DNA of 64,000 bases, taken from the NCBI RefSeq assembly GCF_001194135.2, contig NC_068983.1, forward strand, positions 67,017,245 to 67,081,244. The letters run 5' to 3'. The stretch comes from Octopus bimaculoides (lineage: Eukaryota). Below the pieces are notes generated by a model. That model saw nothing but the letters and a program-made list of their open reading frames with translations, was not told the DNA's origin and did not search any database. A program made the translations under genes and the position numbers. Positions 1 to 12,666 of the stretch are shown here, piece by piece. How positions within the stretch are numbered: the first letter of the stretch is position 1; each line of letters begins with the position of its first letter.

Positions 1-1
1 C

Positions 2-801
2 CCTGTGGATCCCAGTGACCGTGAAAAAAATATTTTTCCTGACTTTTTAAAAATGGCCGGGTCCAGGCACTGATGATACTTGGAGGACGCCCCCTCTCCC
101 CTAAGTGTCACCTGTGCCTGGAAACCGGCCATATCAGGAAAAACTGTCCCCAGGGCCGTGGTAAAGCCCTGGAGCAGAATAAAGAAAAGGTGCTCGCCGC
201 CCTCCTCCTTGAAGGAGGAGATGCCGAAAGTTGTGGAGGCAGTTGCCTTCACGAAAAGAAAAAGAAAGGTGAGCAACAATGGTTGCTCACCAAAAAACGT
301 ACAGGCGGCGGAGGAGGACAGCGATCCTCCGCGTCCTCCGATGTTGCCCTCTGTATTAATGACCTCGAAAAGAAAGAGGAAAAGGAGAAGAGAGAAAAGT
401 CGGTGGATGTTTCTGTGCCGCCAACGGAACCACTGGTGGATTGTGTGTCACCAACGAATGAGGCTCTGTCAGTGGGAAGTGTGCCACTGACAGAGCAGTG
501 TGAGGTCCCTCCCCGTGAGGAAGAGGAGGAGTTTGTCCTCCTGTACCACGAGGGAGGGACCATAGATAATTTTTTGGACTGTCAGTGCGACCGAGAAAGA
601 ATATACTCGGCTTGCACAGACAGTTCAATGTGGCCTCCGCAGGTAGCTGCGGAGGTTATAACAGGAAGGACCTTGTCAAAGGTCACAGCCACCTTTGACA
701 AGGAAAAATACGACTCCCTCGTCGTAGGCCCCTACCTGTCAATGCAGAGTTATCTGCAGGCAGCAGGTTACTTGCTTGGGGGCTGCGATGAGGGGAATTA
801 A
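2..801 (+). mobile_element. gag/ORF1-like CCHC zinc-knuckle ORF of a retroelement (L1/Tx1-like), 5' part outside the window, probably frameshifted near nt 60-70
   Basis: ORF 73-801 contains CHLCLETGHIRKNC (C-x2-C-x4-H-x4-C) preceded by GRP. The adjacent frame 2 reads PVDPSDREKNIFPDFLKMAG, which fits the usual ORF1 context upstream of the knuckle. GC-rich relative to flanks. AATAAA at 1018-1023. Confidence 0.7.
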
Positions 802-1029
802 CTGTTTGTATTAATTTGTATGTATAATAATTTGTATTAATATTGATCCTGTTGATTATAATGTGAAAAATTGTATTCGAGGGCTTGTTGGTCGGTGGGC
901 GCCGGCATCCCTCTCATTTATATCATTATGTTTTCATTTCATTTCATCTTGTCTACGTCCAGTCAACAAGCTTCACTTTCTGTGTAAGGTCTTAATGACC
1001 AATTTTATGAATAGATGAATAAAAGATAC

Positions 1030-1140
1030 TTGGTGACCTCATCAATACTGGTACCATGTAAAACGCCCCAAGTACAATCTATAAAATGACTGGTGTTAGG
1101 AAGGGCATCCGGCCGTTGAAACCATGCCAAAGCTGCCAAG
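1030..1140 (+). mobile_element. Fragment of the retroposon 3' tail family (aggaagggcatcc core)
   Basis: tggtgttaggaagggcatccggccgttgaaaccatgccaaa matches the core seen in about ten other copies in this window. Confidence 0.75.
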
Positions 1141-1192
1141 TTGAATGATTATGATATATATATTAATATATATAAAGCATATGCGTATATAC

Positions 1193-1194
<2 letters not shown>

Positions 1195-1247
<53 letters not shown>
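1195..1247. repeat. (GA)n microsatellite
   Basis: Direct reading of the sequence. Confidence 0.98.
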
Positions 1248-1251
<4 letters not shown>

Positions 1252-1282
1252 TAAATATTTAGAATTGGAAAAAGACAAGTAC

Positions 1283-1461
1283 CTAAATATCTCCTCATCT
1301 GCTGTTGCCTGCGTTCCGCTATTTCGGCTTATTAACATCAGGATCAATTGCTTCTGCGTGTTAGTATATTTAGTGAAATATTCCACCAGGGAAAGCTTTG
1401 ATGATGACAAAATAATAACAAGGACAGCAAGGAGGCATGAGATAAAGTGTTTATTGTAAAA
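1283..1461 (-). CDS. Candidate internal coding exon (179 nt), unknown gene
   Basis: Acceptor cctgtcttttccag, weak donor TAG|gtactt. Only phase 0 is open: FYNKHFISCLLAVLVIILSSSKLSLVEYF...DEEIF. It joins in frame to the candidate exon at 3828-3905. No recognisable homology. Confidence 0.25.
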
Positions 1462-2257
1462 CTGGAAAAGACAGGAACCAAATATACAAGAATATACGAA
1501 AAAAAATATATATACACCACAAATATAAGGTATATGTTTCTGTGTGTGTGGTTATAGGTGTATGTATGTAAGCAAACCTATTAGATAAGGAATGTGATTG
1601 TTCCCACTTATGAACACTGCTGTCCCACACTTGCGCGTTTATATTAAGATATTTGTACAAAAAAGATATCCGTGACACAAAATACATGCATCACGTGCAC
1701 ACACAGGGACAAACGCGTGTGCAACCACACCTGAAAAAGTCTGGTTTGGTGGGAATTAAAGAATAAAATAAGAACAATAATCATTTTCTTAAATTTGTAT
1801 GAGATCGAAACGTGTTGATCAGTAAATATTTTCAATATTGGGCAGACTTGTGAAAAGAAGTTTCCACGAACGTGTATTAATTAAAATGGACGAAAGAGGT
1901 TTTTATTTATTTATCAATCTATTTTTTTTTTTTTTGTTCATAAGAATGTTATGTTGGGATATACATCACTTGAATTTTTGAGGTCTTTAAATGTCTGAAT
2001 TTGTTTGTAAACGAAATTTTCAACAACAAACTCTGTCAGGTTTTGAACCCAGCATTTCCTGCTTTCCTGACAAGGGTGTGCTTCTCGTTGTATTAACCAT
2101 TAATTCTTTTTTTCTGTTTGCTACGTGATTCAATTCTTACTGACGGGAATAAGGAATAAATGTGAATTCGTATGCTTTTCAGCTGATTTGTTGTTATTTT
2201 TCAATTCTTAAAACTGTTATTGATGCATATTATTTAATAGAAATTCAGATTTTGGTA

Positions 2258-2285
2258 AAGAGAGAGAGAGAGAGAGAGAGAAAGA
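2258..2285. repeat. (GA)n microsatellite
   Basis: Direct reading of the sequence. Confidence 0.95.
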
Positions 2286-2577
2286 GTTTTGCTCGGGAGG
2301 GCAAAATCTGTAACTAGATTCTTGCGCTCGATGTATTTTCACCTTCCACGAGCGCGCAAATTAGTCAAATACTCAATATTTCGAATACGAAGCACAGTTG
2401 AATTGCTATCCCATTTACTTTTTCTTCGAATTATGTATGTTTACAGTTATTTCGCCTACGTTTATTCGAGTGGGTAGGTTGCTAAATATTCATGCACTCA
2501 CCTTCAAAAATGAAAAAAGTATGTTGCTAGCGTCTACTTTATGTCCGCAGCACAGCACTCTATGTAGTCGTTTGTCT

Positions 2578-2752
2578 TATTAGAAATAATAGTCAGATTA
2601 CCCGTCAAATCACACCCTACCGTCCTAAAGAAGAACTATGGATGATGTAGTTTTGGACATGCTAAAAAGACGGGCTGATGACTGCTAGGATGTTTTCATC
2701 ATAGGCTTGTTTGAGTACGGTAAATCCCGGGGCTGAACAACATCTCTCCCGG
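2578..2752 (+). mobile_element. Degenerate interspersed repeat (SINE-like 3' part ending ggggctgaacaac)
   Basis: tcaaatcacaccctaccgtc block has a diverged inverted counterpart at 42345-42392 in this window. Confidence 0.45.
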
Positions 2753-2836
2753 CCAGATACATTCCAACGAGAAAAGTTACTAATCTATAAGTTCTGATGA
2801 CTTTCACCGAACACACACACATAACTCGAAAGAACA

Positions 2837-4099
2837 ATGCGTATCAGTGTAAGTGGAGAGAATGTAAATATTCTCTGAGGAAGTAAATAAATCTCACTGA
2901 TTTGTTTGATGTGTCTGTGTGTTTGTGTGTGTTTATAAAATATTTGTTTCTCCCAACAGTTTCCTTTTTCCTTCTAAATATACGTTCATTCTCTCGATAT
3001 AACTTCCCGTTTGCTTCTGTTTCTTCCTCTTTCCGTTTTTTTTTTAATTCCTTCTATTTTCTGTTTTTCTTTTTATTGTATCACCTCCCTTCTATCGTTC
3101 GATTTCTTGTCCCATTATTACCCCTATTTTTCTTTCCACAAACTTCTTCTGTTCTCATTCTTCTCTTTTCCATTCTGTTCACAATTCTGATCATATACTT
3201 GTTCCTCTTCCCTACAAACCGCGTATTAACTGACGTACACGCAGTTTTGCATTTAAACGTACGTACTCAGGTACAAACGCACGTGCTATCATCCTTCCTC
3301 TACGTTTCTTAAACTGGCACACGCGCACTTTATTCATTTATTTCGCCGTTTTCTCGCGTTGCCTACAAATTGTGTAGTCAGTCACAACTGTATTGACAGT
3401 TCATTCATTCCCATACATACATACATAAGTATAACACCGTACATATATATACATACATATTTTATGCACACATTCTTGACAACAAATGCTCATGTAATAT
3501 CATCACTCGCATAAGTACCTAATACACGTAAAGTACTTACTACACACAATCCAACGTACGGCTTGTATATTTGCCTCTCGTTCCGTCATTAACAACACGC
3601 CCACTTTCATTCTCTTCAACCAAACACACATGCTTCCTTTATTTTCGATTTGGATCTGTAGTCTTCACATATTGACTTTCTTCATCTTCCTTTTCCCGTT
3701 CGCTTACTTCTAACCTTGCTTTCTCTTCCCTTCTTTCTATCCACTTTACTCACCTAGTATATTCCATGCTGTTTAGACACAGCTTTTTGTCTTTCGTAAC
3801 CGGCAACTACCTAGGAGAGATACTTACCTTTACAACCATGTAAGTAGATACAACTGTCTGGTTTCGCATTATTCACCCAGCCCACTCTTTACTACTAAAC
3901 TAGTTCTAAAAAATAACATGAGAGATTTCGTTACGTCAGTTTACCGTATCAAACTACAATCCTACAGATATTGTCGCTTCCTTAGACATCATCTCTTTAG
4001 TTTATTTGAATTTCTCAAACGCAGGATTCACTTGTTGAAGAAAAGGTTAATCCAAGTTCCTCCACAGATACATTTTGTTCGACAAATATTTCTGATTGA
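2837..4099 (+). CDS. Candidate three-exon small ORF (2837-2848, 3777-3839, 4025-4099), 49 aa, or the 5' end of a longer gene
   Basis: Donors AGT|gtaagt and CAT|gtaagt; acceptors gctgtttag (long pyrimidine tract upstream) and ctcaaacgcag. All junctions are phase 0: MRIS|TQLFVFRNRQLPRRDTYLYNH|DSLVEEKVNPSSSTDTFCSTNISD*. No homology recognised. Confidence 0.2.
3828..3905 (-). CDS. Candidate 78-nt exon containing a start codon (MRNQTVVSTYMVVK)
   Basis: Strong acceptor gttattttttag and perfect donor AAG|gtaagt. In-frame stop upstream of the ATG. Ends in phase 0, matching exon 1283-1461. Confidence 0.25.
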
Positions 4100-5399
4100 A
4101 TTGTAACTATATTTACAACAAACCTGTTATACTTGGTTTACTTTGCATTTTATTTACCCCATTCTTCATTAGACTTCTTTTCCTATGGGAAGATGTTATC
4201 AAAGATGTTTAAATTGTTAACAAATTCATTGTATATGATTAAAAGGAAATACAAGTTGCAGGAGATCTTTAAATGTTTCTGCCTTCTAAGCTGCTGGTGG
4301 CTACTCTTACTGTTAATGACAGCTGTGTATTGGAAAACAGGAGTAATATGAACATGTCATGGTAGTTGATGTGACTGAGGGAGATGTGACAAGAGAGCTA
4401 TGAAGATGTAATGTAAGAGATATATGGATGGCAAATGGGATAATAATAACACACATGCACGCACACATGCATATGAGAAAGAAATAGATGACAACAGAAT
4501 TGTGCCGTGTCAAAGGGAGTTTAGTTCTCGGAAATCATTTTGTGCTTTACTTTCACAGCTTATTATTAATTTATATATATATAATAAAATTATATACACA
4601 ACTATTGATGGATGCAGGCACATGTATTTCAGGGATGAGTATTACAGATTTATTTGTAAATAGATTACAGACCTGTCTGCATTTGTACCCACAAACATAC
4701 ATTACAAATTAAGATTATTTTGAAAATTATACTAATTGTGTGTGTGTGTGTGTGTGTGCATGTATGGGTGAGTAATATTAAAGCAGTCTTCTTTTCCAAT
4801 GATATTTTCAATATAATCATCAGTGTTTGCTCATATTCTATCCCCCCCCTTTCTTTCTCTCTTTATCTTTCTATCTCATACACACATATGTATGTATGTA
4901 CACATAAAGAGAGAAAGTGAGAGAAGGAGAGATACATAAATACTTTGTTTCCACAATAGTTTTTACCCTGAGCTTATGCAGTAGTTCTGCAATCTTTGAT
5001 AGATGCAGTGAGATTCAGAATCTGACCGATCAGTTATTGGTTCACCTTTCCTCATGTAAAATTGATTATTTCACTTCTGAATGTGTACATGGTAGTTGAA
5101 AACTGTTTAGTATAACATGATGTTTTTTAAAGCTTAACACTCAGATTAGGTACTTGACGCTTGTCTTAGTGACAGTTATTGTAGTTAGATGTATTTCTAT
5201 TTTGCATATATTCAAAGGAGGGACAGTGTAATTTTATTTCCTACATTTTTCTTTAAAAAGTATAGAGGAAAAGAGAAATTTATATTGAATTTTTACATAT
5301 ACTATTCCTGGATATTGTGTTTCATTACTTGAAAAAGTTGAATTTTTTTCTTTGTTGACTAAACAGCAGAGTGCAGCCAGAAAGATAGAGAAATACTTG

Positions 5400-5856
5400 A
5401 TGCATAAAGATCACTCAATATAATATAGAGAGACTGCACTCTCAACATAAGTACTAAACTGAAACTTCCAAAAGTCCTAGTCTGGCCAGTAGCACTGTAT
5501 GATTGTAAAGCATGGGCCCTCAGAGTGACTAACACTAGAATGAATAAGCATATTTGCAATGATGTGCTACAAGCAAGTGCTATGGATCAGTTGGGTGGTT
5601 CATAGAATGAATGATTTAATTTTAGAGAAAATGGGAATGCAAAGACGGTTGGTATCATAGTCAAATGTCAAAAATTGCAATATTTTGGCCACATAACCAG
5701 GCCCATAACTTCTGTGCCTTAGGAGATGGGTGGATGAAAAATGAACTTGTAAGAAACTCAAATGAAAAGAGAGCAATGGTATGTACAGCTTCAATGTGGT
5801 GAAGAGTGGTGGTTTATGTCTAAGGCCCCTAAACCTCGGCCATGAGAAGATGAATA
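5400..5856 (+). mobile_element. Degenerate RTE-clade LINE, 3' end of ORF2
   Basis: Broken translation KVLVWPVALYDCKAWAL...LWISWVVHRMNDLILEKMGMQRRL...KLQYFGHITR, typical of the RTE C-terminus. Confidence 0.8.
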
Positions 5857-6194
5857 TTTTATACTATATGATGCATATTTCACAGCTTCATTCCCATTTT
5901 TTAAAATTTATTTATCATTATCTTTGATATTCTTATACTATATTTCATATGCTTGCTGTTGATTCTTTCCCATTTTTGTTTTTTCCTGTTAATATCGCTT
6001 CCGTATCATCTTCAGATGTTGTGATTAGATTATTCTTATTGCTATGGTTGTATCAAGTGATAGGGTTTCATATTTCACCTAAATTACAGACCCACCTCAT
6101 TGTAACCAGCAATCGATAACCTGATTGTTGTTATATTCATTCAAATTATGTAAGATTCTGTCTCCCTGTGTAAACACCATATGCAGAAACATAC

Positions 6195-6280
6195 TGTTTA
6201 TGTGTGTTAAATCGACACTTTTTTCAAGGTTCTCATTCAAATCTGGAAACAGATGTTTTAAGGTGTTACCCATCTACTAC
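6195..6280 (-). CDS. Candidate exon with start codon, MGNTLKHLFPDLNENLEKSVDLTHIN
   Basis: Very strong acceptor tttttattattatttttacag, ATG 7 nt downstream after in-frame stops, donor ACA|gtatgt. It does not splice in frame to 3828-3905. Confidence 0.25.
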
Positions 6281-6728
6281 CTGTAAAAATAATAATAAAA
6301 ATAAATAAATAAAAAAAAGACCCTCAAAAGTTACAACTGAAAGGCTGGAACAAATAAAAAAAGTATTCAAATAATAAATCTCCATATTTTCCCTTTTGAA
6401 AAAATTTAAGTGCATTTCACTGTCATTTTCCTGATACAACATGCAAAGATACATATCCATATGCCTTATAATGCTNNNNNNNNNNNNNNNNNNNNNNNNN
6501 NNNNNNNNNNNNNNNNNNNNNNNNNNNNNNNNNNNNNNNNNNNNNNNNNNNNNNNNNNNNNNNNNNNNNNNNNNNNNNNNNNNNNNNNNNNNNNNNNNNN
6601 NNNNNNNNNNNNNNNNNNNNNNNNNNNNNNNNNNNNNNNNNNNNNNNNNNNNNNNNNNNNNNNNNNNNNNNNNNNNNNNNNNNNNNNNNNNNNNNNNNNN
6701 NNNNNNNNNNNNNNNNNNNNNNNNNNNN

Positions 6729-6910
6729 GTATATATGTTTGGATATGTGTGTGTATGTATATATATATAAATATATAAATACACACATATATATATATGT
6801 ATATGTATGTATAAGTCTGTGTGTAAATACACATATGTATATATGTTTGGATATGTGTGTGTATGTATATATATATAAATATATAAATACACACATATAT
6901 ATATATGTAA

Positions 6911-6941
<31 letters not shown>

Positions 6942-6993
6942 TATATACATATATATGTGTGTGTATATATATATGTGTGTGAGTGTGTGTGTT

Positions 6994-7039
<46 letters not shown>

Positions 7040-7145
7040 AATGTATACATACACCCATACACACACACATATATATATATACACACACACATATATATAC
7101 ACGCACACACACACCCATATATATATATAAATATAAATATACACA

Positions 7146-7190
<45 letters not shown>

Positions 7191-7195
7191 GTGAT
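6729..7195. repeat. Compound (TA)/(TG)/(CA) microsatellite with a duplicated block of about 108-nt period
   Basis: gtatatatgtttggatatgtgtgtgtatg...tacacacat occurs at 6729 and 6837. Confidence 0.9.
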
Positions 7196-7469
7196 TAATA
7201 CATACATACATACATCGTCATTGTTTTGCATCCACTTTGCTTTGCTTGTATGGATCAGATGACATTCCTGCTATCAATCCTTATATATTTCCAAGTTATG
7301 ACACATTGTCGAGGCACACTTCTGGACTGACACTTATTTGCAGCTATTCTATGATATCAGCACAAAGAGTCATATCAAAATATGAACAAATTAATGGAAT
7401 TTTCCCTTTATATGTGGTCCAGGCAGTTTAAGTTGTCTACTAGAAGGAATATAATACACATATAATACA

Positions 7470-7737
7470 CAGTTCCCAGATCTCAATATTATTAAACATT
7501 TATGGTGCATTTTAGAAAAACAAGTAAGGAGTCGATATTCCTCCACTATCATCACTACAAGAACTGGAAACTGTTTTAGCTGATGAATGGCCCAAAATTC
7601 CTTTGGGAGTAATTCAAACTTTGTACGAGTCCATACCTTGTAGAATTCAAGCTGTAATTACTGTCAAAAGCCGTCCAACCCCATATTAAAATAACTTTAT
7701 TTGAAATTTGAAGGTATTTCCATTATTTTGTCCAACC

Positions 7738-7743
<6 letters not shown>
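7470..7743 (+). mobile_element. Tc1-family transposase C-terminus and right TIR
   Basis: FPDLNIIKHLWCILEKQVRSRY (+1 frameshift) PPLSSLQELETVLADEWPKIPLGVIQTLYESIPCRIQAVITVKSRPTPY*, then ccattattttgtccaacctctgTA running into a TA run. Confidence 0.9.
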
Positions 7744-7780
<37 letters not shown>

Positions 7781-8725
7781 NNNNNNNNNNNNNNNNNNNN
7801 NNNNNNNNNNNNNNNNNNNNNNNNNNNNNNNNNNNNNNNNNNNNNNNNNNNNNNNNNNNNNNNNNNNNNNNNNNNNNNNNNNNNNNNNNNNNNNNNNNNN
7901 NNNNNNNNNNNNNNNNNNNNNNNNNNNNNNNNNNNNNNNNNNNNNNNNNNNNNNNNNNNNNNNNNNNNNNNNNNNNNNNNNNNNNNNNNNNNNNNNNNNN
8001 NNNNNNNNNNNNNNNNNNNNNNNNNNNNNNNNNNNNNNNNNNNNNNNNNNNNNNNNNNNNNNNNNNNNNNNNNNNNNNNNNNNNNNNNNNNNNNNNNNNN
8101 NNNNNNNNNNNNNNNNNNNNNNNNNNNNNNNNNNNNNNNNNNNNNNNNNNNNNNNNNNNNNNNNNNNNNNNNNNNNNNNNNNNNNNNNNNNNNNNNNNNN
8201 NNNNNNNNNNNNNNNNNNNNNNNNNNNNNNNNNNNNNNNNNNNNNNNNNNNNNNNNNNNNNNNNNNNNNNNNNNNNNNNNNNNNNNNNNNNNNNNNNNNN
8301 NNNNNNNNNNNNNNNNNNNNNNNNNNNNNNNNNNNNNNNNNNNNNNNNNNNNNNNNNNNNNNNNNNNNNNNNNNNNNNNNNNNNNNNNNNNNNNNNNNNN
8401 NNNNNNNNNNNNNNNNNNNNNNNNNNNNNNNNNNNNNNNNNNNNNNNNNNNNNNNNNNNNNNNNNNNNNNNNNNNNNNNNNNNNNNNNNNNNNNNNNNNN
8501 NNNNNNNNNNNNNNNNNNNNNNNNNNNNNNNNNNNNNNNNNNNNNNNNNNNNNNNNNNNNNNNNNNNNNNNNNNNNNNNNNNNNNNNNNNNNNNNNNNNN
8601 NNNNNNNNNNNNNNNNNNNNNNNNNNNNNNNNNNNNNNNNNNNNNNNNNNNNNNNNNNNNNNNNNNNNNNNNNNNNNNNNNNNNNNNNNNNNNNNNNNNN
8701 NNNNNNNNNNNNNNNNNNNNNNNNN

Positions 8726-8775
<50 letters not shown>

Positions 8776-8959
8776 GATATGTGTATATCTATCTATATAT
8801 ATGTTTCTATATATGTATATATAGATAACATTATATGTAATGATGCCAGTGGTACTTGCCCTAGTTATAGAAACATAGACTGGAATAGGATACAAAGAAC
8901 TTGTGACAAAGCAAACAAGGCGAGCATGTGGTATAAAACCAACAAATATCAAGGAGTGA

Positions 8960-9299
8960 TTTAGAAAAGCTCTGAAAGAGACCAAACTCAACATTAAGAT
9001 TGTTGAAAAGCCAGGGAACTCCATCAGATCACAACTATGTAGGATGTACCCCTTTAAGAATACCATATGCACCAATGATATGGTATGTAGGATTAACCCT
9101 GGCATTAACTGTAGAACTAGAAATGTAGTTTACAGCATAAGATGCATAGAAGGTGCTTGTAAAGACATGAAAATGACATACATAGGGTAGACATCTAGGA
9201 GCATTGCGGAACAACTACATGAACAGTTGAGACAATATGACAACAAAAAACAGTCCTCCATACTCTACCAACATGCCAAGGACCAACATGGAGATAACC
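8960..9299 (+). mobile_element. Penelope-like element, GIY-YIG endonuclease fragment
   Basis: Frame 2: KIVEKPGNSIRSQL...NCRTRNVVYSIRCIEGACKDMKMTYIG*TSRSIAEQLHEQ...SILYQHAKDQH (VVY...YIG-TSR motif, one stop). Runs into a gap. Confidence 0.88.
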
Positions 9300-12200
9300 N
9301 NNNNNNNNNNNNNNNNNNNNNNNNNNNNNNNNNNNNNNNNNNNNNNNNNNNNNNNNNNNNNNNNNNNNNNNNNNNNNNNNNNNNNNNNNNNNNNNNNNNN
9401 NNNNNNNNNNNNNNNNNNNNNNNNNNNNNNNNNNNNNNNNNNNNNNNNNNNNNNNNNNNNNNNNNNNNNNNNNNNNNNNNNNNNNNNNNNNNNNNNNNNN
9501 NNNNNNNNNNNNNNNNNNNNNNNNNNNNNNNNNNNNNNNNNNNNNNNNNNNNNNNNNNNNNNNNNNNNNNNNNNNNNNNNNNNNNNNNNNNNNNNNNNNN
9601 NNNNNNNNNNNNNNNAGAGTAGAATAGCTAGTGGGATATTATGTAGAAAGATGTATGTGTGTGGGGGTGTATGTATATATATGTATATGCACATGTATGT
9701 AAGCATATGGATATGAAAGTAAACAGATTAACATACAGACGTATGTAGTATTTATTAATACTACATACATACATACATACACATATGCACATTTTGTTTA
9801 TATTTTGGTTGAAATTTTTCATTGTAGTTACAAAATAATGAGTTTTTAATATTGAAGATAACATAAACTGGGCCTGAGGATTTAAATAGGCTATAAATTA
9901 TATCAATAAGAATATCTTTTAAGATATGAAAGTAAATTTTCATTTTACTTAATAATATTCTTACACATACAGACGTTATTCAAAAATTGATTTCTGCACA
10001 ATAGTTACAATCAAATATATAAAAATATATTCCCATTTCAATTTTACTCTGTATGATTAAAGAATCAATTTTAAACCAGGATGTCTTCATCCTTGAAATT
10101 TTTAATTGGCATAAACATTTAGCAGTGTTTATCCATATTAATTCTGGATTATCTGCGTATACATGGACACATGTATATTTACAGTTTTTAAATCCAGATG
10201 TTCTATCAAATTTGTGATTCTCAGAAGTATTATGTATCATACATGATAATTCTTTTATATGTTGGATATTCTGTACATTTAATTATTCTACTTTTCATTG
10301 ATGCTTAATTTAAAATAATTTCATTAGGAAAGTTTCGCCATTTTGAAAGAATGTAATCATTTTTGGTTGCTTCTTTAACAGAGATTTGATTCACTTTTCT
10401 GCTTTGTTAGAGTAAATTTCATTTCCATCTTTAAATGCAACAATTGCATGAATACCTGATGTATATTTAATTTTTTACAGCTACGTATCTACACCAATAT
10501 ACCTTTGTGCTATTATCATTGCTATTTATCCTTCCATTGTCATTTATCATTTTTCCATGACATCCTATCTTTCTCTAAACATGTCCATATATTTCATTAT
10601 TTTCAAATTAATTGTACTGCAGTGAAGGTAATTAGAAGTATTCATTTGATTATTAATCAATAATTATAAGTTTGTAATACACCTACATACACACATGCAC
10701 CTGCTCTTCTCTCTTGCAGAGACATATGCATGTGCTCATACATTAGATCCTCTCCTGTTCAAACACACATGGTCTCAAACACACTCACTCACACTAAAGT
10801 GCTTTCAGTGAGCTTTCCTTTCTGGGAAGTAAGTGAAATCTAACAGTTCAACCAGGCATGTCAAATATACCATCTTCTCTTCAGTAGCTTCCTGTTGTAA
10901 TTACATCTCTCTCCTCTCCAATGTATCAATAATTTCTAATGTTGCATATGTTGCATACATCCATCACCCACTCTCTCTCTCTTTCTCTCTCATACACATA
11001 TTTTAGAAATATCCTCAGAAAACATTGTAAGAATTCTATAACTGATGCCAGATATGAAGGTGATGATCAATATTTTTTTCTTAAAAGTTTAAATTTAAAT
11101 ACAGATAACAGTTTTATATTGATATAAGTGACAAATGGACAAATACACTCTCATTTCTTTAATTCTCTTCCTTTTATCAGTAGTCACCTGTATACTTTCT
11201 GTGGAAGCAGACTTACCAGTGATATGCTCTTCTGTATGCATTCATTGTCTCTCACTTTCACTTTCAAGGAATTTGCCAAAAGTGATGTTTTTGCCCTTAA
11301 CATCTTTAAAACATTTAACATCTTTCTAAGTTGCCTGCTTTATAGGCTCCATCTGTCTTATATTTTGAATCTGAAATTTCCTCTTGCACCACTTTATTGC
11401 TGCAAATACTGATGTGGACCTACCAAAATGACATTCTGTCATATGGTGTACCTCAGAATCCAAGTATGTCTTCCATACTTCTGTACATTAATAACTTATT
11501 TGCTATGACTTCTATATGTAAACTCTCCTATGAAAATGGTACTAACCTTTGTTTATCCTTATACTTTTGCACATTTGTCTCATCCATATGCAGCCTATAC
11601 ACACCATACCAAACTACAGTGCTTGCTTCCACAAACCTACGAAACACTATCCAAACTGAACATTTACAAATTTATCTTCATCAACAGCACCAAGACACAA
11701 TCACTACCCATACCATTTCTATTTATGATAAACACATAGAGAAAACTCTCAAAGTAGATATAAATGTGTCTCTCCCAAATCTCTAATAATCTAATGTAAC
11801 AACTTCACATATATATAACATTATCAAAATTGTACCTCAAATAATCGGCTTAATCTTCAGGCCAGAAAGTATTTAAGTTCTGATCAATTGTTGATCCACT
11901 ACAAAATTTAACCATGATCCTAGATTTCTTTGAAGTGTTAGTTACTTGCTGCTGCTATACACACAGGCAGCCTAGACTGTATGAAGATCTGGCTGCTTGC
12001 TAAGGATTCAACATCCAACAACTACTTGAGAACTGAAATTTTTTATTGTGTCTCTTCTCTCAACAATACATCACCTATTTCTTTGATCTAGCTAGTTCCA
12101 TACCACCTTCACCTGAACCCACATTTCTACTGTTTCTCCCCACAAACTTTGAACTAAATTCTTCACTCAATCATTGATTCTTAGAACTTCAGCCTTAAGG

Positions 12201-12339
12201 AATACATTCTCTATTCCAGATTTCCCTATGCACATTTTTTCACCACCAATGAGTTAATATTATGCTGGATATATACCATTTCTTCTTTTCAAGTACATAC
12301 ACAATGCACATACATATTTACATATTTGTATAGAGAGAG

Positions 12340-12666
12340 GTGTGAAAGTGCATGGCTTAGCAGTCAAGGTATTCGGCTTACAGTCATAAGATCATGTGTT
12401 CAATTCCCAGCAACATTGTGCCCTTGAGCAAAACACTTTATATCATGTTGCTCTAGTCCACTCATCTAGCAAATATAAGTAGTACCTGTATTTGAAAGAG
12501 CCAGCCTTGTTACACTGTGTGTCATACTGAATATCCCTGAGAACTACATTGAGGGTGCACATGTCTGTGGAGTGCTCAGCCACTTGCATGTTAATTTCTT
12601 GGGCTGGCTGTTCCATTGATCAGATCAACTGGCACCCTCAGCATCATAACTGATGGAGTGCCAGTA
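12340..12666 (+). mobile_element. tRNA-derived SINE, near full length, degenerate
   Basis: A-box-like tggcttagcagt, B-box gttcaattcc (12398), then gtgcccttgagcaaaacact core. Related head at 47621. Confidence 0.8.

Larger units (their letters stand above)
1600..4100. promoter_or_regulatory. Relatively CpG-rich zone, possible unmethylated promoter region
   Basis: Frequent CG dinucleotides (acgcgt, gagcgcgc, cacgcgc, ttcgccg, tcgcg) in non-repeat DNA, against visibly CpG-poor DNA from about 4.1 kb onward. Judged by eye, not computed. Confidence 0.4.

Noticed and set aside
10720-10828. Strong acceptor (ctcttctctcttgcag) and donor (GAA|gtaagt) pair
   Set aside because: The enclosed sequence is degenerate CA-repeat-like and not coding-like; probably a pseudo-exon.
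12340-12410. Possible tRNA genes at SINE heads (also 37256, 47621)
   Set aside because: No complete cloverleaf; each continues into a SINE body.
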